Shown: positions 27,101 through 41,580 of the stretch, in pieces
Layout: every line of letters begins with the position of its first letter
Position numbering within the stretch: position 1 is the first letter of the stretch
Source of the DNA: Cycas panzhihuaensis
Taxonomy: Eukaryota; Plantae; Cycadophyta
Length of the DNA stretch: 64,000 bases
Direction of reading: 5' to 3'
Assembly: GCA_023213395.1 (NCBI GenBank)
Contig: CM041465.1
Span: 81,413,741-81,477,740, forward strand
The notes under the pieces: generated by a model
Seen by the model: the letters and a program-made list of their open reading frames with translations, nothing else
Told to the model about the DNA's origin: nothing
Databases searched by the model: none
Position numbers and translations under genes: made by a program

Positions 27101-29396
27101 CTAAATTATTTAGCAGGACCATAGAGGAGGCTAGAAGATTGGGTACAATAAATAGTATGAAGCCCACCTCCTATATCAATAGTGTTGTGCACTATTAGTT
27201 TGTTGATGACAATATCCTTTTAGGGAAAGTAGTTGTAAGGGAAGCTCAAAGTTTTAAAGATGGCTTGGAAAGGTTTGAGAGGGCCATAAACTGAAAGATA
27301 AACCTCAGTAAAAGCAGTGTTTTCTTCATAAACATAACAGAGTATACTTAGAGGAGGATTAGAAATATTTTAGAGATGATCGTTCAAAGGTTTCCCACCT
27401 CATACTTAGATATGCCCTTATTTGTAGGAAATATGTCTAAAGAGATGTGGAATCTAGTTATAGAAGGGAGCCACCTTAAGTCAAGTTGGGAAGGTTCTAT
27501 TGGTCACAACCTCCCTTCATAGCATCCCATTATACTTAATGACCTTGCTCAAATAATCAAGCTAGGTATTAGTGATGTTAAAATATATCGAGAAGAGATT
27601 ACTTTGGTTTGGGGTGGAGGAAAAGGACAAAGTTCATCTGGTGGGCTAGGAAAAGGTTTTCCTCACAAAATAGGCAGGAGGTTTAAATCTTATAAGACTC
27701 TTACTTTTGAACAATGCTTTGGTTGTAAAGACAGGCTAGGGCCTGACTTAAAAGGAAGGTAGTTTATGGGAAAGGATATTAACTCAAAAGTACCTCTAGG
27801 GAGGGAACTTTTTTAATGCAAACCTGTTACCCTCCCATAGATCCCCCATCTAAAGGAGCGTCCTAAAATCTAGAGAGATACTAAAGAGAGGGGCACAATG
27901 GAGGCTGGGTGATGATAAAACTGCAATCTTCTAGGAGGATGTTTAGTGTGGAAGTTCATAGCTAAATAGTTGACCTGTCTGCCCCCTTCATAGATCCCAT
28001 ATGAGAGTAGCTATAGGAAAAATGTGAAAGACTACTAGGTTGGTAAGGGCAAAAATAGAAGATAGAGGAGATTTGAGGATCTAGAGGGGGAGTTTATCTT
28101 CATGGAAAGGATCGTTGCCTTAAGAGTAGAAATTGAAAGGTCTTATATCCTAAAAAAGGAGGAGGCAAATTTCATCATATGGCCTTCATCTCATTCAGGT
28201 AAGTACTCTGTGAAGTAGGGATACCATTACTTATGCCTCGTAAGGGGGGACCATAGGAACCCACTTCTGGAAGGGGTTTGAAAATTCAACCTATACTTGA
28301 AGATCGTTGTGTTATGGTGGGTTTGTTTGAAAAGTAAAATTCTCATAGTTGATAATATTAGGAAGAGGGGGTTTATGATGCCAAATAGGAAAGTGTGGAG
28401 GTTAGTAATGGGCATGTTTGAAATCCAATGGATGAACTCTAAGACTCTAGTGGAGCAATAGCTATGCTAGTGTAGCCCTTGAGGAGTATATCTCTATCTA
28501 ATATTTGACAGATCTCCCTTCTATTATTGATGTGGAGTCTATGGAAGAAGAGGAACAAGAGGATCTTTCAAGACAAACAACTTGATGAATACAAGATTTT
28601 CAATATCACTCATTTGAAACTGTAGGAGATTGGGAAGCTTAAAGATGAAAAATATATGATGACCCACAAGAGATATATGTTAAAAACATAGGGAATTACT
28701 CATAAGATCCAAAAGGAGCATAGTAGGTCTTATTCTTGGCCTCCCCTGGGGGATCATGGGTAAAAATATATTTTGATGGGGCCTTGAAAGATAACCTTGG
28801 GGAAGTTGGAGGAGGGGGTATTTGTAGAGATACTAAAGGGGGTGTAAAGTGGGCCTTTACTAAATACTATGGACAACAAATAAACCATGAGGCTAAGATG
28901 GTAGTTATGATCAATGTTGTGGATTTATCTATAGATCGATGCCATGTTAATATAGTCTTAGAAGAGGATTCACTAAATGTGATTAATCTCCTCAAAGGTT
29001 CAATGGATCTAAACTGGAGAACAAAATCTTTAATTAGGGATTTACAAGAAATCCTAAAAGGAGTTGAGGATGTTCAACTTAGACATACCTATATAGAGGG
29101 TAATAAGGTAATAGATAAGTTTGTAAATTGGGGCGTCACTCACAGAAGATCTATGGTGTGGAGAGAGGATCTTCCTGAGGGCATTTTGAGACTAGTTGAG
29201 GAGGAGAGGATCCATGAGAGGTAGCAGAGTTAGCCAATGTGCTTAGCTGACGATGCATATGTATTGTGATGGCTAGGATTAGCTAGGTCATGGGCTTATC
29301 ATGGCCATTGTATTTTTACCCAAGGGGCTGTTGATGTAATAGGTTTTGGGGTCCTGTTAAAACCCATATTAAATCTTTTACCTTATCAAAAAAAAA
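24111..29396 (+). mobile_element. L1-clade LINE (5'-truncated ORF1; ORF2 EN-RT-zf-RNase H), pseudogenised
   Basis: ORF1 DUF4283-like motif LFKF…PWMLGWKALLLEKW plus a zinc knuckle remnant at ~24535. EN motifs FTWSNRR, RLDRVL and SDHSPL. FRFEMMW and EGDINTNFFH follow. RT motifs KIDL*KAYDRV (26878), GLR*GDLLYPYLF (27052) and FVDD (27199). RNase H at 28736-29224. Poly(A) at 29388-29396. Confidence 0.93.
28736..29224 (+). pseudogene. RNase H domain at the C-terminus of LINE ORF2
   Basis: WVKIYFDGA…GGGGICRD…NHEAK…LEEDS…HTYIEGNKVID matches the plant L1 RNase H pattern. Confidence 0.88.
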
Positions 29397-30979
29397 GGCT
29401 TGATAAAAATAAAAGGAGGTTCTTTTAATTCTTCTGTTTTATGTTTCCTTTAAAATTTAGAACATGGTCAATTATAGGGCATTGCTATAGGCATTTTGTA
29501 ACCAATTTCTTAATGAAAACCCTACTTAGGGTTGAAAAAAAAAAGTAAAGAGAAATGCATAAAATAAACTTTAAAATGATAAATGGTTTTCTATTTGTAT
29601 GCAATAATATATGGTGCAACTATGATTTATACTTGCATGAGAAGAGTTTGTGTGGTTTTATCCCCAAAAAACTTTAATTTATGGTCCACAAGTGAAGAAA
29701 AAAAAGAGAACAAAAAAAGAGAACAAAATACACAAAAAATTGTAGTAAATTCACACGCATGCCTCCAAACACTATAGAATATAAAGAAATATAAAGGATA
29801 ACAAAGATTTCATCCTTTAAAAAAATGTCATTATAGATAGATGTTGGTCACTGACATCATGAGGGTAAATGTTTATGTTAGAGGATACTTTCTAGCAAAA
29901 TAAAGAATACAAACATTGTGAAATTGACCCAATAAAGTGAAAAATTAATTGTTGGTGATGTTTGAAGCAAAAATTAAAGGGTTTGATTACATTGTCTTCA
30001 TCATTGACTATTAACTTCATACATGATATTGTTTCTTTTTGTAACCTATTTTTGGTAAAATGAATTATTGTGCCATAAAACCAATGCCTCATCTTCGCGA
30101 TGACAAGATTAGGGAAAAAAATCAATTTAAAATTATTAATTTTAATTAGGTTTTCTCAAGTTCCTCATCATTAGTCATCAACTCTCAAACATACATAGAA
30201 TGTAGGTTAAAATAAAGGATGAATATAATAACTTAGGGCTATGTTAATAACTTAAGTTTTATGAAATTAAATTACTTTTCATAGTATTTGATATCTACCC
30301 CCTTGTATTTGAAAAAAATTATTTCATGTAATGTCACGTGACCCACATTTTTTGTGAAAGTTTAATTTTCAAAATTCCACCATTTTACTAAGCGAGGCAG
30401 AGGAAATCTTTTATATCTTTGTATTAGAGAGTTAGTTTTTTTAATCTATTTAAATAAGAAAGGTCTTGACTCAATGAACTCTCAAAGAAATAATCACATG
30501 ATTATTTTCTATAACAAAATAATATCCAAAATGTTTTCCAAAGTTATTGTATCCTATGTGATACATATATGGTAATTTTTAATGTATTAAATGCCAACTA
30601 CTTATAAGTAGACTAATGAATTTACTTACCTTGACCAATAGCCTACATCATATAGGTTTAAAAATAATAAAATATCAGATTTCTAGGTATGTTTGAATCT
30701 TATTTTTAGGCCACCTTGTGCTAAATACCCTATCATTAGCATGTTGTATTTGCAGCTATTTGAATTAGCAAATTTCTTTGAATTTTATGGTGTGACATGA
30801 GTTTATAATGGTACAAAACGTAATAATGGGCCCTATGAATGTGCAATTAATAGGGCTTAAAACTTTTCCTTATGGAAATATCAAATAAATAATTTTTTAG
30901 ATATAAATAATATATAGAAATACATAGAAAAAGAGCCCACAATTCCAAATAATGCTATTAAAAATAGGAAGATCAAAGG

Positions 30980-31815
30980 AAAACTAAGAACAACCCTAGG
31001 TTTCATCAACCTTTCAATAGGTTGAAACCTAATTGTCAATATAACAAATGTTAAAACCCCTAAACAAGCATGGGATGCATCTAATGAGAGGAGGCTTAAC
31101 TACACCCATGAAGCATTTCTCTATTTGAACACAATGTTCAATGGGAAGCCCTTAAGGGATAAAACTAGGTGAAGTGTTGGAATTATGAAAAGATTAGACA
31201 TCTAAAGAAGGAATTTTAAAGTTTACAATAGTAACAATAGTGATAATAGTAACAAACGTAGTAGTAGTAATGTCATCAATAACCTAAGCACTATAATAAG
31301 GGGCATAATTATCCACAAAACATCTGTATAAGTTCTCTCTCATTAGGTGATAATAGAAAAGGAGAAAATCTCTTCGTAGTAGCATAGTTGATTCATGAAG
31401 ATATCAATGATATTTAGATCATATAATAAGAATATTGGAATGGTTTAAACACATGTGGAAAATCACTACAGAATTAGTAACCATTAGAAACAAATCCATT
31501 CTACAAGAAGTAGGAATTGGTGAAGATCTAATCACCATTTTGAAGGATAAACATACATACATAGAGAATGTCTTATATAAACCAGGTCTAAAAATGAATC
31601 TCATTTCAGTGTCATAGATCAAGAAACAAGGAATGGACATCAGATTTCAAAATGATATATGCACAATCCTAAACAAATAGGGAAAGATTATTTCTAAAGG
31701 AAACATAATAGATGACTTATATATTCAGAATGATAAATCTAAGAATTTGAAAGTCTTTGATGCTTTTGTAAATAACAAACAAAAACTATGGTATAAAAGG
31801 ATAGGTTATTTGAAA
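30980..31815 (+). mobile_element. Ty1/copia gag-protease-GAG-pre-integrase fragment
   Basis: VKTPKQAWDA (gag), IENVLYKPGLKMNLISVS (protease region) and LWYKRIGYL (GAG-pre-integrase WHxRLGH-like). Confidence 0.8.
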
Positions 31816-31817
31816 CC

Positions 31818-34800
31818 ACCAAGGTTTTCCTTAGGAGGTAATGAGACCAATTTCCACATGGCATTTCTTATTAGAGAACCAAATTCTTCCTACATAGTAG
31901 CCCTCCAATAAGGATTATCTTTTGGTTTATCATATAAATCAGGGTCATGGGAGTTCATGGTGTTAATGATCAAAGTCTAGTTGGCATAATGACTTCTCAT
32001 TCTCTGTCCATCTGTAAGATTTTATAGAATCACACTTGAATCCTCAATACTCCTCCTAAAACACAACGACATCAAAGCTCTTAGTGTTATTAGTTTGTCC
32101 TCATATGATGGCTCCTTATTACTACCTTCTCTACTCAATCATTCTTCCATCTAAATCAGAATGCCTAGTTCCTCAACCTTTGTTGTTGATGAAGCACTAA
32201 TAAGAAATAGTAGTAGTGGGGGTTAAAAGGTTACTTTAAGTAATGCACTTCTAGCATGATATATCATAGACTCATTAAACTTAACATCTAACTAATTACA
32301 AGTCTTTTCCCCCATAAATCTCATAATCTATAAGTTTTAATCTAGTTTGATATCCCATAAATATACACTTCAAACTCTTACAATTTAGCTTTTTTCATTC
32401 TTTGTTTAGGTTGTATGCATATGCAACATACGTAAAGGTCTTCAAATAATTAATGGAAAGATTACTATTGGTTTATTTTTGTTCATAAGTCATGCCATAA
32501 ACTACTTTTATTAGTATCATGTTTAAGATATAAATGGTAATCCCAACAACTTGTTAGAATTCATAATTGCACTCTAATACCATATTAGAAATATAAAGTA
32601 ACACTGTGGAATTATAATATGCAAATATAATGACTAAATAATTTCATGTGTTATGTATGCATAATGACTAAATATGAACATAAAGTAAATAACATATCCA
32701 ACATGTAATAATCAATCACCATAAGAGAGATGACAGATTTATGCGTAGAAACCCAATGTGGGAAAAATCATAGGAGAAACTAGAGTTAGAAGCTCTTTCT
32801 AATGATCAGAATAAGTAGATATCCTTTCTCAAGTTCTTAAGTGATGTATACATATGCTTATATTATGATCTACCTCATAAGTAGCCTATTATGTTTCTTG
32901 AGCCTTTACATCATCCAATAGTATATTATCTTGGATATGTATAAATCTTACATATCTCAAAGTATGTGAATGGTGGGATTGTGTACATGTCATATCATAT
33001 AACATTAAACACTACATATGTGATTAAATCACATATTCCAACATAAGTTCTATCCAAAATGTTAGATGGTAAGTTCTTTACATGCATTATATACCTTGTT
33101 ATTTCCATCATGCTATAATTTTTTCTCCTAGTAACAACATTTTATTAAGGGGTATATGGGATAGTTAGTTCTTATTTAGTACCATACGGTAAGTAGAATT
33201 GATTAAGGAATCATTATTGTACTCTTTGCCATTATTAATAGTCAAAATATTGATTTTCTTATCATACTCATTCTCCATGTATACCTTTTATTCTTAAAAG
33301 CAATTAAACACTTCAAACTTACTCTTCAAAAAATATACCTAAGCCTTCCTCGTATAGTCCTTTATAAACACTAGAGTATAACGAGCTCTAGATATACAAG
33401 GGTTTTAGAGTAGTCCCATCAAATTAGTATATATGAGACCTCACTTTTCCTTAGTTCTCCAAACACAATCCTAAGTAGAATAATGACGATGATGCTTCTT
33501 ATAAATGTACCCTTCACATATACCTTCTAAATAAGAAATATAGGGTAATCTTTCCTCCATTTTTAAATGATTTATAAGCATAATGATTTTGTAATTAAGG
33601 TGACCAAGGTGATCATATCATCTGCACTAGAAATAAAATAATATAGTTTTATACTTTAAACTTATCAAACACCTAAAAATCATACTTTACTCTTTAGTAG
33701 TGATGATATAAAAATTCTTCTTAGGACCACTAATTAAGCATTTGACTTTAAAGAGCTCAACCTTTATACCTTATGTGTATATCTCATAGTTTGATAGAAG
33801 ATTCTTTCTTATCTAAGGTATATAATATACCCCCTTCAATTTGCCACTTGTAAATGAAATAGTTCCAATGCCCTCAACAAGCACCATATTCATATTTTAA
33901 GAATGATATTTACATCAGTAGGAGCAACATTCTATACGTAAAAGTTTTATTTCTAAAAAATGATGTGTCTTTGCACACTCAAGTCTAAAATCCAATAGTC
34001 TCTTCCATTTGATTCAATTGACAAGGATGATACTTCTACATAATAAGTTATAACACCCTTCCCCTTATCATCTTTGTTTTCTTTGCATTTATCCCACCTT
34101 TGAACCAATAAGATTTTTCCCTATAGCCTTCCTTCTTGTAATAAATACATTTTCTAATAAACTTCTTCTTTTCTTGAGATGCTTCACCTAATTTTTGTGT
34201 ACATTTTCCCTCTTGAACACCATCTCTTATCTATGTATTTATGACTAAGGAATGGTTGGATATGAATTACCAAGTAAACCATGGTACTTCAACTTGGCAT
34301 TCTTAGCTAGAATAAGACTCTTTAATGACTCAAATGATTACACCTTCATTATTTCATCCTTTACATAGATGGTCAAAAGGGTTCTAAATGTTATTAGTAG
34401 TTTTCATATGATTATCATAAACAATAGTATATCATCCACTAAGTCAGGTTTTACCTCCTTAACTTTATTCCTCGAATCTATTGTATTATTCAAATAGGCA
34501 CTTATGTCACTTTTGCCTTCCATTGTAGTGTTAAGAAGCTCTATCATTAAAGCAACATAGTAACTTATCTTTTTCTTCTCAATTGCTTTATATAATTTTT
34601 CCCTAAGTTTATTTAATTTCTCTAGTTTGTGGACTAAGGCCCTCTAGTCTGGCACTAAAAAGAGCTTTAGTAGTCCCACATCCACAAACTACTTCTATAT
34701 GAGTTTTCTCCTTCTCATTCAATGGAATGGATGATAGATCATCTTTAGTGGTCATCTACAACTTATTCACCATCAACACTAACTCCATATTGATTTTCCA

Positions 34801-34880
34801 CTCATTGAAGTTAGTCCCATTAAAGATAACATCATCTTCTTCATTGCGAGAAATAGGCTTACAAATAAGTCTTTTACACC
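31818..34880 (-). mobile_element. Ty1/copia gag-PR-INT-RT(start) remnant
   Basis: On the minus strand: IFNGTNFNEWKINMELVL (gag, ~34830), YWILDLSVQRH (protease, ~33990), LIYTNLMG and FWIELVGITIYILN (integrase), and WRATM*EEFGSLIRNAMWKLVSLP (RT start, ~31900). Confidence 0.85.
32552..33043 (-). mobile_element. Solo LTR (family A) inserted in the Copia integrase
   Basis: Termini tgttag…ccaaca with a degenerate 5-bp TSD caact/taagt. Removing the LTR and one TSD copy restores the integrase frame FWIELVGITIYILN. Confidence 0.8.
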
Positions 34881-36349
34881 AAACTACTTGATGCTTAGTT
34901 AATTATGAAACACTCTACATATTGTTTAGCCTCTATTCACTAGTAATTTACTAGAAATATAATATTTAAATTATTTTAACTATGTATCTTCACCACCACC
35001 AAACTTGCATAGGCTCAAGGCTTAGAGGTTTTACACCCACCATAAATAGTCCACTAAAACATACCGACAAACCCTCCAAAATAACTTCAAATGATAGAAA
35101 TAACCAAAACACATAGTAGTATATGCTTCAGAATGGAAAGCCTAAATAACAATCTCAAGAAATCACCAAAATATTTCTACTCAAAATGGAATATATTTAC
35201 TCAAATGGTTAAGTGGCATGCATGTAATGGCTTCCCTCCTTTTAATATTCCACACTTGAAATGGAATATGTTGAACAAAATGATAATATCCTTTCCTCAA
35301 AAGATGGCTCTTCCTAAGCACTGATATAAAATTTTCAATCACACCACACTTAAAATATGTGATAAACAACTTAATAAAAATCATATGTATTTCATATGGT
35401 TTAAAATATTAGTTTATATTTTAATTGTCAACCACTAAATTTTAAATGTCGTAACTCCTATTTTAAATGATGCACTTCTATAATTATATCCATGGTTGAC
35501 ACATAAGCCACAACCATAACCATGCCCAGAATCACTTAAGAAATATCCCACGATCTGTACAAGCATGCCCATAGTTATCTTAATATCATGCAAGCACATA
35601 CCATAACACACAACTCTAAGTATGGTAATCCCATTAACATAAACAAACCAATAATTTTGGTTTGAGAAATATGATACCCTCAATTTCCATCAAGAATACC
35701 CTATATTCCCTTCAAAAATAGTTATTATGCTTAAAAATTCTCTCTAAAAAATTATCATTAAACTTTTCATTACTAGTAAGATGAATTTATACAAAGTTTA
35801 GGAGGGAGAGATGAGGATGAGTTGGGGGAGGTGTTTGTTTAATCCATTAAGAGAAAACTTAAATAAGCCCCATAAACCAACCCCTATCAACCTTAACTAA
35901 ATATTTATTTAAATTTTAATACATTAAACCCCCTTATAAGGGATATTATAAATTATAAAATTATATTAGAAAAGAGGGGAGGGGAAACCTAAACCTTAAG
36001 ATATTAAAATAAACCTAGTGACTAACTGAATTAATTATTACATCAACATAATGCCCCCTATTAGCCTAATGTTCATTAAACATGTGCAATGTGCCTTGGG
36101 AGCATGCAAGCTGCCACTAACTATCTCAGTCGTCCATAAGCCATCATCAGTAAAGGTAAGTATATTTTATTTCATGCTTTATTATTTCTTGAATTTCAAA
36201 TTATGTCAGTTGAGGTAGGTTTCTTCCTACCTCCCAAACTATAAACATCAAGGGTGTAGTACCCAATGCTTTTTAACACCATTTACAAATAGAATTATGA
36301 TAATATTTTTTGATATGATGTGATATCTCCTGCTCTGCTTTGCTCTTTG

Positions 36350-37981
36350 ATGGCTCTCATTTGGTATCAAAGCCATCTACATAAATAATATCAATATTAT
36401 TAAATAGAGTAAGATTATTAATATAGACTTTTATTTAATTTTATTAAAATATATGATCTGCATCTTCTTTTAATCTAGGCACACCTCTATTTGTTGCATG
36501 AATTGTTGGATGCTCCCACAATGTACAAACTGATATTTTTTTGTAGGATTCTTGATTACATTGAGTCCAATCATTATTTAGAATAGGTTTTCTAGATTTT
36601 TTAGAAATGTTTTATCTTTTTCTCATCATTTTCTTTGAGTTCAGGTTAAGTAAGCTTACATGAACTCCAATGAGTTATTGCATATCATTAGACAATTGAA
36701 ACTGCAACATATAACTACTCGTCACATTCCTCTTGTAACCCACTTTATAATAGAGAAGACAACAAGCAATTTCACTAATTAGTTGAAGAGAAATCTTGCT
36801 TGGAAGTCATGTCACTCTACAGATTTATGAGAAACCCACCACCCATCCATATTTTCTCATTTTTTAATTTAATTTTCATTATTTTTCTCTTAAATCTTTT
36901 TATAAATTAGGGTGCCTAGTCCCTGCACCGAAGATAAAGTAATTTTCAAGAAATTTCAATGCTCCATTTGATCGATTAGATCGATCGTTTGACCTTTGTC
37001 CACCCTCATTGACCTGCTTGGATTCTATAACATTGTTCTTAGACTGTGGGTCTCTATTCTTGATGAAATTTAACAGGCACTGAGCTAGATATCATATCTA
37101 ATCTCCCCTAACATTTCATTGAAATCTATGGTCTTTGCAAGTAGATTGAGCTCCATGAATACACCTTGTTCACACGCGCACAGACATACACAAGTTTTAC
37201 ATTAAAAATTATTTGATTTTTATTTTTTATTTTTTGTATAGTTTTAATTTAATTTAATTTAATTTTATAAATATTCAAATCCAGTTGTTAGCCCTAGTAG
37301 GTGGTCTCATTATCCCCTATATGACCGTGTTCTAGGGCTTAGATTTAAAATTTTATAGATTATTTTTAATTATTTTGGTTTTTAAAAGAAAAAGCTACTT
37401 TTCATATACTTTGAAGTCTGCTAGACCCTTCGCAGGCTTGAGGCTAGCTTTTTTAGCCCTCTAAGTAACTAGGGGATCTAATTCAAAGGGGCTTAACCAC
37501 CCTCCTAATTTAGTTTTTTGCCACAAAGAGGTCTTCTTATAGTTTTGGCTATAACTTTTGATCCATGAGTCTATCTTTTGTACAGTTGGATTGGTTAGAA
37601 AGATAATTCGATGATCTATGTACTAAATCTATTTTTTATTATGATTTAAGGCTATTTTGTAAGAGTTTAAGATTATTAAAGTTAGCCATTCTATTTGATT
37701 TGGGTCTAAACTTTTTTAATCATTTTAAAGTTATTTAATTATTTCATTCAAATATATTTATATTTTATTGAGATACTAATAAATTTTTTACTGATTTCAC
37801 TTGATTTTTAGAGGCTCACATCTATTTTTTGTAGTTTTTAGTTAAATTTAGCCTCTTAAAAGAGAAGATCTTTAGACATCATTTTCACAAATTAGTACTT
37901 TTAAAACCCTAAATAACTTAATTTTAAAGTTACTATTTTATTTTATAGCTCATTTAGTTTACTTTGAAGCTCATATCAAGC
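36350..37981 (+). mobile_element. LTR end, PBS and 5' leader of an LTR element truncated by the Tat insertion
   Basis: …ctctca tt tggtatcaaagcc (tRNA-iMet PBS, 36362-36373) followed by an AT-rich leader. The LTR start could not be located. Confidence 0.45.
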
Positions 37982-40900
37982 TGGAAGCACACTTCTAGGG
38001 GTCACCAGATATGAAGAGATCAAGCCAACACAATCAATAATCTCATGGATAAAGGATCTACGAGAGTGAAGAAATGCAGGTTTGAGGACTCATAAATGGT
38101 GCACAAACTTCCCCTCAAAGTAAGCACCTTCTCAATTCAGGATGGGCAAGAGAGGGACTTCCTCGGTTTGCCAAGTAGCTTAAAAAAAGACCTTCTTGTC
38201 CTAGATGGCTAAGGAAGGGGGACATAAATACGATACACCCTTCTTAATGAGAGGGAGCAGTTGAGGTAGGTCCTAACCAGAAGAGAAAGTACTTATGAGC
38301 AAGCAGTAGGTGACTGGTAGTATGGAAGAGAAGGGGAAGTTGGGCTAAAAGAGGTCAACTTCTAAGTAGAGATAATGCAATGTGGGCCCTTACATAAAAA
38401 GGGGAGGAAGACCTTAAGGAGGAGTGCCCCTAAGGTGCCTACACGTAAAATGGATAGTTAGGTGTAGCGGACAAAGCAACATACTTTCTTTCTTTATTTC
38501 TTTTATAAAATGAAATGGTATGGTAGTATGAGTTGTCATTATTTATATTCCGTGCCCAAGTAAAAAATGTAGGACAAAGCAACAACTCTCTCTCTCTTCC
38601 TAAATCCTAGCCTCCCTCTCCTTATCTTTTATAGGCATACAAGGAAGCAAGTAAGCAGATGCATAAGATAAAGATACAAGCACTAATACAAGTCAACTCG
38701 ATGGCATGTAGAAGAAGATAGGATGGGGGTAGAAGAACTCATAACCTATCACACTCAAACCCAAGTGAGAGTGAGAGTTTGAGTTAAAGGAGAGACGATA
38801 AAGATACAACTAGTAGAAAGAAGTGCCTATTTATGCAAAATATAAAAGTAAGTCATGAAATAAGCAATGAAATATTTTTCTTCTTTTGGGACTAAAAGGG
38901 GGAGAAAGGGATGAGCAAGAGGATATGATGGAAGTAGTGTACCTAGAAATTAAATGGCCAATGTAGAGTCCTTTTCACTTTCTTCACGATCCACACTCAT
39001 CCAGGCGATGCACCTTGTCATGAGCAATATGTTGAAAGTAACACCGGTGAGGCTTCCTTACCTTCCCTAATATCTGAATACAAAAGAACTAAAGGGAAAG
39101 AAAGAATTGCTTATATTAAAATTTCAAGGTATTGAAATAACAATGAGATAGTATGTGTACATGCAATGAACGCCTTTGTTTACTTTGAAATGGATGGAAC
39201 TTGCATGACAAACTACTTACCCTTTCCCAAAGGGCAATAAACATGCATGGGAGCAAGTGTGTACATATATCTATGCTTTTCAAAAGGAAGAAACAAGGAA
39301 AAGTAATCCTAAACAAATGTCCTTTGAATAAGTAAAACAAGCAATGTTAGTGTTTCTTATCATGCATACATAGTGATCTGATGATTACGAGAAAGAGGGG
39401 TGAAAGGGAGAGAGATGGGTAGCCTTGGAAGATCTAACCCTCCAATGGGATGTCTCCACGTGCTCAAGCACATGAGCGGCTGATCAAAATGGCCAAGATC
39501 ATCTAATGGTAGAGAAGGTAGCAAATTTTGTATATGAAAAAAGTGTTGCAAAAAGGTTGTAAAAGTTACAAAAGTTGCAATATGCAACTTTTGCAAGATT
39601 TGCAAAGGTAAGTCTAAGGTTATGTGAACCAAAAGAGTTACTGCTAAACTAGGTTTTATGGGGGGCTATGATGGCTAGTTGTAGGTATAACAAGGTGCTA
39701 CTAACACTACAATAAAAAAAGTTCCCTACCCCAAAGGTTTCTGAGTGAATAAGGGAGATAATGGGAAAAGAAAAGGAGTAGAGAGTAGGGGGTTGCCCTT
39801 GAGGAGATGGAAAAAAGGTATAGAACCCTTCCTCAAGCTCCTTTCTCTCTTCATTGGTTACTTTTCTCTCTACCTCCTTGGGTGAACCTAAGAGAAACTT
39901 CAAGGTAGAAGGGAAATAAGCCAATGAATTGGAGGGTTTTCCTCCTAGAATGAAGAAACGAAGGGGAACTTCACATAACAAATAGAAAAAACAAGCAAAG
40001 ACACCTTTATTTTAAATGAGAAGAGGAATATGTTAGCCTGTAGCTACCTGCCAAGGGTAAATCTGAGGTAGATCTACCTCGTTTGCTGGCTAGAGAAGAG
40101 GTTTCTCCTTGAAGACTAGTAAAGAGCTCCTACAACGGCATGAAGAGGAAGCATAACCTACAATAAACTTGATGCTTGAGGCTTGGTGGAGCACTTGTGG
40201 TGAAGATCTATCCCAAAGCTCGGTGTAATAAACCTACAACTTAGGGTCTTACCCTAAGCGAGATGATGGTAGGAGTGGAGGATAGGTATAGCAAGTGAGA
40301 AGTTCGTTTCAAAAATTTTACCTTGAGATGAGGAGGAAGAAGTGAGGGAAAAATTAGGTTTTCAAACCCAAGTGTAGCTCAACAAGCGTTTATGGCACAC
40401 CTTGTGCGGGAAACAACCCAACCGCCATATGTCAATTTTGCATGTAATGCAAAATTGGCTATGGCTAGATAAAAAATAGTTTTGAATAATAACACCATGA
40501 CAAACTTCACAATACCGTGAAGTTTGCAGTGGTACCACAGAATTTGCAATGGTGCAAGCAAGACTAGAAGAAAATAGAAAAAGGGGAAGCCCGAAAGGCT
40601 CCCCAAAAGGGAGGGCTTAGACCCCAAAAGGACAATAATGGAATGCCAAGGTGACAAGAGGGGTTATAGGACCTAGAGAGGCCATGATGAATGAGAAAAT
40701 GGTGGTAACAAGGCCCCAAAGGAAGACAAATGGTGAACATGGGCGACAATCAGGCCTAAACAAGATGCTAGCGGTCACATCACACCAAGGGGTGATAAAG
40801 GACGAGCTATAGGAGCCATAAGTACTTGGAGACATTATGGAGACACAACGAAGGGTTGTAAAATACCATGGGATGTGTATCCCAAGTTATCATAGGCTAA

Positions 40901-41088
40901 AGTATTAAGATGCAACATAAGTAAACAGACAAATGATGCATAATGAGCATGCAATTGGTCAATTAACATGCAATGTGGATTTATTAATAACCTCATAATG
41001 TCCTAAAGCCAATGAAAGTGAGTATGGATACATACCTACACTTACCTAAGATGAGTTATCCATGTCTATTCTTGGTAGCTGGGAAACA
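37982..41088 (-). repeat. 3.1-kb 3' LTR of the minus-strand Tat element
   Basis: Minus-strand termini tgtttcccagctacc…gtgcttcca, with multiple collinear blocks shared with 45275-48520. Confidence 0.85.
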
Positions 41089-41580
41089 TTGCCCCCTTGA
41101 CAATAGAGCCTTGCTGCTCAGAAACATGGTGCAATGGCGAATGCTGGAAACACAGAGGTTAGTATCATGTGTTAAAGTATAGTGGTGTCATCATCCAAAG
41201 GAAGTGGTAAGTGTCATGGGAGAATGTATGGACAAGATGAAGAGAGAGGCAGCATAGGGGCTACCTATGCATCATCATAAAATTTGATGAGAGAGATAGT
41301 GGATAAGGGGAATGCCCCCATCACACATATGCAAGGTGAAAGATGTTGATAGTCATGAGCATGGTCAACCAAATAATATAACTAAGAAATATGTATATAT
41401 GGAGATCAGAATATAGAAGCTTCGTGCCACAGGTGCATGAAGAACAAAATGAAGAAATAAACTTGGTGGTCACCATAGTTTAGCTTCATCAATGGCCAGC
41501 TTTCAGAGGTGCGAACATGTCACACAATGCAAGATAAGATGATCTCAGAACTAGGGTGGTTAGGAAACTTGATAGGTTCC

